From Ramazzottius varieornatus (taxonomy: Eukaryota > Animalia > Tardigrada): 64,000 nt of DNA. Made by a program: the position numbers and the translations under genes. The stretch lies in NCBI GenBank assembly GCA_001949185.1, contig BDGG01000022.1:124001-188000 (forward strand), given 5' to 3'. Each line of letters opens with the position of its first letter. Position 1 is the first letter of the stretch. Under the pieces are notes generated by a model. That model ran no database searches. It saw only the letters and a list, made by a program, of their open reading frames with translations, and had not been told where the DNA came from. Shown here in pieces: positions 26,555-38,003 of the stretch.

Positions 26555-27743
26555 GATGGAGCACAACCAACAGCAATTCGCTCCCCCACTCACAACTTAC
26601 TATAATACCTAGGTACACAGACTCCGCAATGCAGCGCTCCAACCTGATGGTATCACCAGAGAGCCGGTCCACTGGCGATGTAGACGATCAAGAAGAAAAC
26701 CAGCATAGATGAAAAAAAGACAAACTTTCATCAGAGTGATACACGTGCCGAAGCTGTTTGCCATGCCAGGCTTTATAGCATTGGATAGCATGGCACAATC
26801 ACGCGGAGAGTTGGGTTTGGCAGGCTATGGGGCTCTTTTACCAGTGGAGAAAGCAGCACGTTTGTTCTGGCTAGTGTTCAGCATTGCTCTCAGTGAACTG
26901 ACGCAGCTTTGACTTTTCTTCCCACTCTGTCAAGCAACTTTCTGCCGGATCCGTTGTTCCGTTTAAATTTAAGATTTTGAGGACTATCTTTTTGCTCAAA
27001 GGAAAAAACATGTACGGCCACTGCAAGCCGGTAGAATAATTAATACAGTAGTAAAGTTAATTGCGTGTTACAAACTGTACTCGAATAACACTTAAGACCA
27101 CGATCCTACACACACTGTCTGATTTGGCATACTTCCACCAAACCAATCAGACATCTATTCGGACAGGTTTCCTTTTCAATCTTGTCATTTTCATACATGC
27201 AAGTGCTGTTACCCACCGATGCTGTGTACGACGTCAGAAGTCACGTGTGCAACATACGCGACTACAGCACGTGAGCTGAACGTCACCTTTACCTTTATTT
27301 GGGCGGAGTAACATTATCCAATCCCAGTGGAGAAATCCTACGTCATCCAACTCTCCTCGTGATTTTCCATCAGAATTTTAGTACATTCTGCACGTGTATC
27401 ACTCTGCTTTCATCAAACTGACTGATCAAACTTTCATCAGCTAACACCCTAGAGTTAACCACTAGACCAAGGCACCCTATATAACGCCATAGATCCCTGC
27501 CAATTGTTCATGCTCTACACCAAAGTACAAAGGGTGATGTGTCCCCAGTCCATGACGTCATTTCGTCTTTCCAGGTTTTCCCTTCATCTTCAAGATCAAT
27601 TGACCCTGATGAGCAGAATGCAGATCTTCGTTTCGGAGTTTGAACAGATTCTCCAAGTTTCCAATCGTACTTTCTGCCTGGTAAAATTAGTACGGTGACC
27701 TGCGGGAAGTGGACTATAGGCGATGCTGGAGCATCCACAAGAG
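26555..27743. promoter_or_regulatory. Probable bidirectional promoter / 5' region between head-to-head EIF2B2 and DARS2
   Basis: Divergent start codons ~1.2 kb apart. CACGTG E-boxes at 26742, 27242, 27268 and 27391, GGGCGG at 27301, CCAAT at 27318 and TGACGTCA at 27553. Confidence 0.5.
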
Positions 27744-30083
27744 ATGCGTGTACTTTATCGCTCTGCTCACTCTCGCCATGGAATACAGTCCCTACGTTGC
27801 CGTACATTTACCTCTTACACCGACCCCTTTCGCTCGCATCTCTGCGGCAAATTATCAAGAGAACATGTGGGGCAGCACGTGTCCGTCTGCGGGTGGTTGC
27901 ACAAGAAGCGGATGGGCCAGCAGTTTTGGCTGTTGCGCGACTGGAGCGGCCTCCTGCAAATCCTCATCAACGAGCAGCGCCAAGAGCAATGGCTGGACAT
28001 GCTGCAGAAAGCATCACTGGAAAGTGTCGTTGCTGTGCGCGGACTAGTCCAGCCTCGTCCGGAGGAGCAGGCCAATTCGGACATGCCCACGGGAGAGATT
28101 GAGCTCCACGCGGCGGAGATCAAACTGCTCAATCCAGCCTTATCAAACCTACCTTTCCTTCCACATAACCGGCAGGTACGTCTCAGCTCGCGCATGTGAC
28201 GTCATCGCGCTGCAGGCATGATGGTCTCCGCTGTGGCGTCATGCGCAATTTGATCAGGTCACAGTCGATCTAACCAAGACGGTGCAGGTGGAATGGTTAT
28301 GGTCCAGGACACTTTGTCTAACTTTCGTTCATGCTCTGATGGCAGGTGACGGAGCAGGTTAGGTTGAGGTATCGCTACCTGGATTTCCGACAAACGCCCT
28401 TGCAGCGCGCTCTGCGACTTCGTTCCTCGGTACTGATGGGCATGCGACACTTCCTGCACGATCAGCACGGCTTCGTTGACGTAGAGACACCCTACCTGTT
28501 CCGGCGGACTCCTGGTGGGGCGCGAGAGTTCTTGGTACCGTCGCAGCAGGCCGGCAAGTTTTACTCTCTACCACAGAGTCCGCAGCAGTTCAAGCAGCTA
28601 CTGATGGTCGGTGGCCTGGACCGCTACTTCCAGATTGCCCGCTGTTTCAGGGACGAAAGTCGCAACCCGGAGAAGCAGCCCGAGTTTACGCAGCTGGATA
28701 TTGAAATGTCCTTTGTCGATACCGAGAGCATACTGGGCCTGATTGAGGACCTGCTCGTTGCCTCTTGGCCTTCTTCCCACTTAGGTTTGTTCGCATTAAC
28801 GGAACCTGTTAGCAATAAGAACCAAAATCAGGGATAGTCGATTCGAAGCATCTGTTTCGTTGGCAGGTTCGCCGCCATCCATCCCATTTCCTCGTCTTCC
28901 GTACGCCGAAGCCATGGCTTCCTACGGTATTGATAAGCCGGACACTCGCTTCGGCATGAAAATCCATGACATAACTGCTTTCGCCCGACATCACTCTCTT
29001 TTCGGCACCATTACCAACGACAGAGACTGCACAGTCTTGGCCATGGTAGCGCCCAATGGCGATTCACTGTGCCGAACCGCTTTTGAAAAACAAGCCAAGC
29101 TCATCCTGGAGAATGAAGTGAGACACCAGCCACGCAATAAAGTCAGATTAGGCATCACCCGAATATCCAGAGAAGAGACAGGAAACAAGTTTAGTGGGTT
29201 GAGAATACCGTCGAATGTACAGAGTGAATTTATGGATATGCTAAAAGTCAATGCTGATGACGCTGTGATCATGTGTGCCGGTGAGGATAGGGTGAACTGC
29301 CAGAAAGGACTGGGGAAGGTCCGGCTGTTTACCGCTGACTACTTGGAAGAGAATGGGCTGAAAGTGCGAAGCGACAAGTTTGACTTTCTGTGGGTGATCG
29401 ACTTCCCTCTCTTTGTCAATTCCGACAAAGGACAGTGGGAGTCGGCCCATCATCCATTCACCGCACCGGTCGCTGAAGAGATGCACATGCTGAATGACCC
29501 GCAACGGTACTTTACCAAATGGACACTCGCATTTCCTTGTCATGGAAGAAAGGCAAGCTTTTTCTCTGCAGGTGGGGCGAAATGCGGGGACAGCATTACG
29601 ATCTGGTGCTGAACGGCGCCGAAGTGGGTGGCGGCTCCATACGAGTACACAGTGCCGCTATGCAGAGAAGAATCCTGGACTTGCTGCGGATAGATCACGA
29701 AGAGCTAAAGCATTTGCTGGAAGCACTGGACAGTGGGTGTCCACCGCATGGCGGCATCGCCCTAGGTCAGTACCATCATTCTTCTCTCTATACTACCGCC
29801 GCTGCTCGTCTTCCCTGTTTTCCACTCATCCAATTGTGCTTTGCTTCCCCCAGGGTTGGACCGGTTGATCAGTATCTACGCCGGAAGTAGCAGTATCCGT
29901 GACGTTATCGCATTCCCCAAAACGGCTGCTGGTAACGATCTCATGAGCTCGTCCCCTTGTTCTGTAACAAAGTCTGATCTTGACTTTTATCACATTTCCG
30001 TCAATGAGAACGCCAAAACACCTCTGGAAGATTCGTTTGACAGTGTTGATGATAGCTCTGCCGAGACTAAAGCCGCAGCATGA
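27744..30083 (+). CDS. DARS2: Mitochondrial aspartyl-tRNA synthetase
   Basis: Arg-rich presequence, [115 protein letters not shown]. Confidence 0.96.
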
Positions 30084-30301
30084 GGCTTTTCACTTCTACT
30101 TGCTTACCTGCTCACTGCACCGGTATTGACACAAATCACATCAGAAGAAAATGATAATGAAGCCGACATTTTGTACACTCATCTTTGGCTTGGCAAAATC
30201 AAATACAATCAAAACTGGCAAATAACCGGGAAAAAGTTCGCTCGTGATGGACGGTGCAAGGCTAATGAGGAATCAGTGCAAATATGCGGAAGAAAGTCTG
30301 C

Positions 30302-32052
30302 TTAGTCGGCTGAAAGGAGACCTTGGCGGTCTGAAATGTCTACCCGAACATCTTCGGCGCTGACAGCTTTGTTATCCAGCTCTTTGTCAGCGTGGTTGCT
30401 GCCGTCTTCCAACTGTTGGGATGGTTCATCGTTGACGTGGATATTTTCTTGATTATCGTCGGTGGCTGATACTGCCGCCGTTTGCTCTTCCTCTTGACGC
30501 TGTTTCTGCATCTGGGCATTCTTGGCTTCCATCCTGGCATGTTGTTGGGCCAGCCTCTTGCATTCCTTCTTGTGGACAGGCCAGTGGAACTTTTGGCATT
30601 GCTCGTCGCAGTAGGAGACCAGTTTGCAGGCCGAGCACTTGCGCTGGGCTTCGGGGTCGTTGCAGGTCTCGCAGGGAGGCCCGTCGCGGTTGGGCATGTG
30701 CTGGCCGTTGATGCCCTGTTCCAGGATGGACAGTGAACCACCGGCACCACCCAGGTTGGCCTTGGCGATGGCATGAACCATGGTGGTATGAAGGGGCGTT
30801 TGGGGGTAAGGGAAGGAGCGGATGCTCTGCCGCAAAAAGCTTTCCAAGTACTCAGTGAAGCCTTTGGCGTCCCGCCCTCGAACAAACCTACCCAAGAGCA
30901 CAGACTCGTAACATCGATTCTCCAGCCTTATTTACTAGTCGCGGCATACATACATTTTGATAATGTCGTCGTAAGTCTTGCCGTCGGCCATTAGTTTCTT
31001 GACGTGGCGAATGACGGCCGAATAGAAGTGAATTTTCATGGCCATGATTTCGTTCATCTCGCGCGATTTAACTTCCTTCTCCACGATGGCCTCCATCGTC
31101 TTCAGCACCCTCTCACTCTCATCCATCAGCAGCGGGTTGGCTCGCAGAAAGTAAACCAGCTAAAGCCCCACAAAAAGTCCTTATTATGCCATCTGCCCAA
31201 TGAAGTTGTACATGCTTACTTTGACCGGATGCAGATTGGTCTGCATAATATACCGATGGAGAACGGGAGCGATAGATGCCGGCAGTTTGCCCTCAGTTTC
31301 TAGTCCTGCAAAACACAGCAACGACTAACGTCAATGGTGCTACCATTTTTCGGGGGATCTGGAGCATGATACTGACCGTGCGGTTTGGTGTAGTAGTCGA
31401 GGTCTTCGACGGTGAAGAAGTTGCTGATGATGATGGCGATGGCGTGGTTACCGATGAAACCGGCCAGTTGTGCGGCACTCTTGCCAATGTTGTTGGTGGC
31501 ACTGGTCCGCGCTCCGTGCTGCAGCAGAGTCTTGACGACGTCCTGCTTGCCGGACAGGGCGGCGAACATGAGGGGAGTGTAGCCTTGTGTTTGCATGTTG
31601 CTGTTGGCGTCAGCGCCCGAGGCCAGCAGCAACTCCACCAGCTCCTTGTTGCCTTTGTAGCAGGCATGTTCCAGCGGTGTCGTCCCAGACTGCACAACAA
31701 AAACATATACAGTCAGATACCAATGTCGGTTCGTGTGACAAAGAGTCAGACTTACGTCGTCGAGACAGTCAACTTTTAGCCTCTTATTGCGCAGCAGGAC
31801 GCGCACTTCGTCCATCTTGCCTTCCTCGCAGCATTTGATCAGCTTCTCCTCATCCTCTCTCAGTACTCCAAACTGCTTTGGTCGAACCACTGCCGCTGCG
31901 AGCTTCGTTTTCTTGACGGAAGTTTCTTCCTTGGCCAGATCGACCAGTGGCTTATCACCATCACCGCTCTCTTCCATCGCTTTTTTCTGCGAGGGTTCCG
32001 AAGAATCCGTCTTCGCGCTGGCATTCAAACCGTCATCATCACCAGACGTCAT
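30302..32052 (-). CDS. ANKMY2: Ankyrin repeat and MYND domain-containing protein 2 (DAF-25 homolog)
   Basis: Ankyrin repeats (TPLEHACYKG, YTPLMFAALSG, KSAAQLAGFIG), LRQSIRSFPY, SILEQGING and a MYND finger CETC...CSACKLVSYCDEQCQKFHWPVHKKEC. Confidence 0.93.
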
Positions 32053-32691
32053 GGCTTTTTGGTTATCTCCTTCGGAACAAACCTGATATCACACAGCTGA
32101 CAGCTTTATTGGTTAAACTACAGATTGAACAGAAATGCCAACTTTTGATCAGTTCGATGCAGAAATTTCTCACGGATCACTTGGACGATCTATGGACGAC
32201 TATGGACCGTCGAACTGTGAAATGTCTCCACTCCCCACACTCCACAAGACTCCACGGAAAGATCGATAGACGATGATGTAGAGAGTTGTCAGCTCAGCTT
32301 TCGACCTGCTACACCGGAAGAGAGGGAGCGAGGGACGCTTGGACAATCGATCGAGTTCACGTGATGAATAGCTTCGAGGTTGCGGCGTAACGGAGTGGGC
32401 TCACAACCAATTTATGGACTTCTCCCTCCTGGAGTCCCCACAACCTAAAACCACAACAAATATGTATTTGTTTCGATTCTCATACTAATAGTAAAGTTCC
32501 ATTCTTCGCCCAGTCGCCGGGATTCCACCTATCGGTCATTCCAGAATGACTGTTAACCCAGAGCACTGACCAGATGCTGTACTTCGTCTACCAAAATTTA
32601 TTGGTTTGAATGCTGCTGTACGATCACGATTGATTGATCGTTCGACACTACAGTGAGTTTGCGCAAGTCGAAGTACTGCAGCTCTTCAGTA

Positions 32692-33767
32692 TAGAGTTTG
32701 CGAGGACAGGTCAGGTCTCATAAACTGCCATCATGTTTGCGACTCTCAGGTTGTAGTCTCAGATTTGGACATCTCAACTCCGCCCCAATCAAGCTCTATG
32801 AAAGTCAGAAGTGACGTCACCACCTGTGCATGCGAAGAATTTCGTCTCGGGGTCTCACGTTTGTGCACTCTCATATCGCAATGCTTGCTCTGCCAACCGG
32901 AAGTAAAAAACTCCGACCGGATCTGCAGTGATGTCTTGACTTTTGACCATCTTTTACTCTCCCGAAATCACTTTAACATTTTGCATGGCACGAAAAGGAG
33001 ATGACAACACGCACGATAAGGCGAAAATCAAAGGAGATATCGGTTAACGCGAGGGATACGCCTGTTTTCCCATTTTCTACTACAGCAACTTCAGTGCAGC
33101 TTCCTACTGTCTTAAGCCTGGCTAGCCGGCTTTACAAATACCCGCAGATCACATAATCGGCAGCCTCAAATGGTTGCTCCGGGGAGAAAGCGGATGACAT
33201 GGAATCCTGAGCACTGTTGCTTAATGCTCACTGCGCTGAGGTTGCATGACAGTCCGAAAGTGATGCCGCTCTCGTCCGTCGAATGTCAGCCGGCCAGCCA
33301 GGCTACTAGCCTCTGGTAATCTGGAAGTATCCTGTTGCTATGAAGTCCGCGGATAATAGCAAATCTCCAAGCTTGAGTCTCGATTCCCCGGCCATCGTGA
33401 GACTGGAAGTGCGCCACTGAAGTAGGGTTAGATGCGTGTAATGTTATGTCGTAATCCCATGTAAAAGTTCGACACCGCACGCTGCGGTCCAAAATCGCGA
33501 AACGGGCTGTCTTCAGGCTCCGGAACGCGCAGAGGTACGCAGATGTTAGAGGGGATAATTTACCGGACGGTCTCAGAAATCGGTCTCATCAAAATTTCAG
33601 TCTTCCATGAGACCAGTCGGGCGCGGTCTCGGAATCGAAGTCTCAGATTCCGGTTCGACCAATAGCAGCGTTTCAGGGTGTTCGAGCCGGCCCACGACCC
33701 GTCGAAACATTAAACCGGAAGATGATAGTGGCTTTTTATGAGACCTGACCTGTCCTCGCAATCTCCA
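32692..33767. mobile_element. Non-autonomous TIR DNA element (~1.08 kb)
   Basis: A perfect 27-bp inverted repeat TTGCGAGGACAGGTCAGGTCTCATAAA lies at 32698-32724 and 33735-33761, extending imperfectly outward. TA flanks both sides (32690-91, 33768-69). No credible ORF. Confidence 0.7.
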
Positions 33768-33785
33768 TAGTGACTCAGAGTCTCA

Positions 33786-36142
33786 CGAGGGGATTATGCC
33801 TGTCCCCACCTCTTTTTGGTCAAACCGTCCTGGCGGAACGAGGAGAGTCTCTTCTAGGATCTGAGCCAGTGAGCTAAATCCCGCGTCGATCCTGGAACAA
33901 ACTACAGGGACTCGGAAGTAACGTCAGAAATTTATGCCAATAACGTAGAAACGTGATGTCTTGTAGGTCCACGTTAGACCTAACAAACAAACCCTGAAAC
34001 CCATCAGTAAACAAACTTGTTACGGCAAATAGATAGTACAGAAATGATGAGCGTCATAAGAGTGATGGAAGCAAAGACGGGCCTTGCACCACCCGCAAAC
34101 CAGGAGAAAGATGTCTCTGCAGTTCTCGTGAAGACAACTGCCTTTCAGCTTATCAGACATAAACTTGGCTGGATTAAAATACATGAAACGTTCGTCGGTA
34201 TATCCCGACTTATGCCAAGCTTCAGCTATCAAATTTTCGAACCTGGGCGGCTGAAACTGTTGATACAGCAAAGAGTGCAATCTCGAAATCACATCGCGAT
34301 GATGCACTTGATCGGGTAAATCGTGCAAAAAGACAAAATCTGATATCTTCTTGAAGCAGCCTTTGTACATCCTAAAGCATAACACATCCCGCGGTTGAAT
34401 TTGACCGGTAACTTTCGGAGGGATGGTCAGCATTTCGTACTCCAGCTCTTCCGGTTTCAGTTCAATCACAGAATCTTGATCGGTGAAGGTCTTCCACGAG
34501 TCGGCCAAGAAAATGCACTGCTCTTCCATATGAGGGAAAAGAACTTTTTCTGACCACTCTAAGTAGAGCTTCTTGGTCATCTTCCCGGATGTCGAAGCAG
34601 TGACATACAGATTATCAGCCTTGAACATCGTCCTCGAAACGATTGGACCAAACACTCCTTTCTCTTCCTTCAGCGTTAGGAAAAGAACAGGAAGAAACTT
34701 ACGCCTGCCCGGGGAGACCGCCATCATCACAGTGTAGCTATGTGTCATGGAATTCTCCGACTGGGTGATCGCTTCCACGTGTTTACTCCAGTAGTTTCCA
34801 AAGTTCTTCGTGGTCTCATCTCATACTCAAAGCCTGACTGATCCGCATTCCACAGACAGTCTAACCCGTACTCTGCGATCCTTGATCTGACAAGCGCAAC
34901 GCAGGCTTCAGCACTTTCCTTGACGTGAGGCGCTTCTTGTATGGATTTCTTGGTGACGAACTTGGTTATTTTCCGGTCAACGATCCCATGATATCTAGAA
35001 AATATCAATTTCGTTTTTGAAGGAAATCGAAGCACAAAAAACTGTTGGTACCGTTTGAGTCTTCCGATCCAGTCTAGGGAAGCAGTGAAACCGGCCAAGT
35101 TCACCGTTTCGTTTGCGGTGAGAGCCCATCGACGTAAGTCTAAATCCTTGACCACTTGCTTTTTTCTTTGAGCGAGGAAGAACTGCTTACCGACATCCAA
35201 ACGTAGAGCCTTCAACTTTTCCAGCCTGGAACCGCCTTCCACTACCTGCTTTTCCCAGTCGTACAGCTGCCGTATGCTGGTTAATTTACCAAAACTTCTC
35301 TGAACAGTGGCCAACGTGGGACGCTTCTTCTTCACGGCGTTTCTCCAGTATGTAACCGCACGTTTCTTGTACTCCAAGTTGACTAACTGATCCACTGGAA
35401 GCTTGGGGTTAGGAAGTCGTGGGATGTATAGCTCATGGGAAGAAGGTTCAGTTCCGCTGAAAACAGGCTCAAGCAGTCTGTTTTCAGGTTCCGTAACGTC
35501 GAAGTCAGCTTCACTTCGGCCACTCAGCAGGTTGCACTGGACAACAGATGCTTCGTAATCTTCAAATGACTCGACGCGGATCAGCAGATCATACTGGAGG
35601 TCTTCTTAAACGGCATACACAGGAGTAACACTTTGGGTGATCTTCGAGTCGATGAAATCTAGGAAAGATTACGAATCAAATTAGTATCTTTTTTGTTTTT
35701 GAGCTCCAGTGCACAGCAAGACTACCTTTAACTATGTCCTTGAACTGCCTGTCAGCTTCGCTTGGAAAGTCGTCGATACGGTAGTGCAGTTTGTAGTCCT
35801 ATTCCAGCAGCTTGATAACATTCAGCAAGTTGATGGATTCCATTTCAGAGAAGCGCAGGAATGAATGAGCAAATGAGAGAAGTTTGAAAAACAACAGAAA
35901 ACTTGATGAGCAGGAAGCACAGGCTCAATCAACAACCGAATCAACCATCGAACAATCAAGTCTTGATTGTTCATTACTCTGCTTATATACCGCCCTACTT
36001 TTGACGTCACTGCAGAGTCCCTGTAGTTTGTTCCAGGATCGACGCAGGATTTAGCTCACTGGCTCAGATCCTAGAAGAGACTCTCCTCGTTCCGCCAGGA
36101 CGGTTTGACCAAAAAGAGGTGGGGACAGGCATAATCTCCTCG
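33786..36142 (-). mobile_element. Tc4/Tc5-family DD37D DNA transposon with inactivated, intron-containing transposase
   Basis: 128-bp TIRs (33786-33913 and 36015-36142, 2 mismatches) and a TCA direct repeat on both flanks. HTH_Tnp_Tc5-like FTASLDWIGRLKR, catalytic WNADQSG / LADSW / QPRD (37 residues between D2 and D3) and a Cys/His Tc5 C-terminal domain. Frameshift near 34783 and in-frame stops in the N-terminal exons. Confidence 0.92.
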
Positions 36143-36626
36143 TCATATTAAATCACTTCAAGTGTCAGTTTCAAAACATTATTTTAATATTAATTAATTC
36201 ATTGATGTCCCATCATAATTCATAAAATTCGTTAATTTTCTCCTTTGATAATTTGAGTTTCATTTCTTTCCTTCTTCCGTTCTTTCTGAGTGGATTCCTC
36301 CCTACTGTTTATCTGACACACAGTGGATAGCCCTTGGTTGTTGTTGGGTGTCTAGCTCAGTTAAGTTCACGGGTGGGGAGACCTAGAGAGGGGACCTGCG
36401 TGAAGAAGAGGTGGGGTGAACTGTTTCCAAGTGGCTGTTACCTAAGCTCAAATCACAACAATAGCATCAACAGCCAGCGAGCTGCGAGAAGGAAGGTGAG
36501 TGAGCTTGCATCTCGATCGATCAAAGGTACCTAAGTTCTTGGTATATATGCAGGAGAGTTTTCAGTAAATTCTGTTTTTCCCCGTAGCAGGTGACGGTCA
36601 CAGGACAGCGCTGCTTGGATTTGACT

Positions 36627-37195
36627 ATGGCCGATAGCACAATGGTACAGGAAAATGCATCTAACGACACTCGTTCCTACTCGCAGGAATCGTCCAACAA
36701 CAGCCGAAACAATGCTGAGACCGCTGGCTATCCCGTGGACGAGAATACACCTGTCGTCAATCCGGGGGAATTTGTGACAGCTGTAAGTGGCAGATGTTGT
36801 ATCTCGAAGTGCGCGTGTCGTCATGAGTAATTTTTAACGAAGGCAGCAAAGATCTTCAGTCCGATTCTGCAGTGCCATAATGCGCCACTTGAGTCGATTT
36901 CCGATGTTGTTACACGGGGAACAAAGTTTTGCTTCTTCATAATAAATCCACGAAGGCTGATCGACTTTTGTTTTTCCAGCTGCAGTCGACATTTCAGCAA
37001 ATGCAGGATCGTTTCACGCAGATGATGGATTCGGTGATGGAACGGATGGATGAAATGGCCGATCGGCTGGGTGATCTGGAGCGAGAAGTGACTGACTTGG
37101 TGACGTATGCTGGAGGTATCAGTGAGCAGGAAACCGTCGGCAAAGACGGTGAGAATATTCCGCCCTTCAGGGAGGACACGGTGCGATCCACTTAA
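36627..37195 (+). CDS. HSBP1: Heat shock factor-binding protein 1-like, two exons (36627-36782, 36980-37195), 123 aa
   Basis: EFVTA|LQSTFQQMQDRFTQMMDSVMERMDEMADRLGDLEREVTDLVTYAG matches the HSBP1 coiled-coil signature. GTAAGT donor and TTCCAG acceptor are in phase 0. Confidence 0.85.
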
Positions 37196-38003
37196 AGTCT
37201 TCCAAATTGTTTTCTTGGGACTTACTGGCAGCTGTTGTTCCTCGACTTAATTTCTTTATGTGAAATTTAACAGCAAGATTTGGCAAGATGTGACCTTGAA
37301 AAAAGCATCTTGCACATCTTCGTTCTTCGATTTTTTTTTATGTACATATTCCTGGTACTTCTGTCTATCCCTTCTTTTGAGGACATGAACATCCGCCCTA
37401 AAATTTCTCATCCTTTTGGGGATACGTTTTCCTAACTTACCATTAGCTTTTTCAGCATAAACCTTTACAGGTGGATCAAATTCAGTTGAGTTTCCGGAGT
37501 ACGCTTACAGTGGAACGTCGTTCTGATAATGATGCGGTAACCACTGAGACTTTTAAAGGGCAGTACCCTCCCGCCTCCCGGTTCGTGAATCCTGGATTCC
37601 TGGCCGCTGGGAGGATACCTTGGGAGATGTTTCAGTGATGATGGCTGTTGGACGGGGACCGTCAAGACTCTAAACTCGCTGGTTTGGGCACAATGAATCA
37701 GCGGAAACGTTCGGATGGCTAAGTTTAGCATCGTGGCTGATCGTGGCAAGCTGCATTGTGCAGCTCACATGGCCACGCACTGCGAAGATTACGTTAGTAT
37801 TCCGCATCTCTCAATACACGGTATGGCCTCCCTGGCAGACTCTGATTTTGATCGTTGTCATTTCGTCAGCTGCATTCTTATTTATCTCTTTGATTGTCTT
37901 CTCGTCTTTCACTTCGCCCATCACTCCATCCTGTTGGTTTTGCTCTGAAGTCTTAGCCCATTGGATCCATAGTTGGTGTTAGCTGATCTGGAATCGTTCA
38001 GCA

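Noticed and set aside
27744-30083. Horizontal transfer of a bacterial-type aspS
   Set aside because: Introns and an N-terminal presequence identify it as the ordinary nuclear-encoded mitochondrial enzyme.
32379-32391. Possible RFX X-box (GTTGCGGCGTAAC) upstream of ANKMY2
   Set aside because: Only a loose match to the consensus, and no convincing X-boxes were found upstream of the SAXO genes.
32714-33745. Clustered GGTCTC (BsaI) sites as synthetic cloning scars
   Set aside because: They are part of a degenerate GTCTC motif family within a natural TIR element, and no vector sequence is present.
34745-34800. Programmed ribosomal frameshift in the Tc5-like transposase
   Set aside because: A single-base deletion (GVKHVEA to GVNTWK) explains it, and upstream nonsense codons show the copy is decayed.
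37743-37982. Hydrophobic small ORF just upstream of SART1
   Set aside because: No ATG start or clear splice support; T-rich promoter or UTR sequence readily gives hydrophobic translations.
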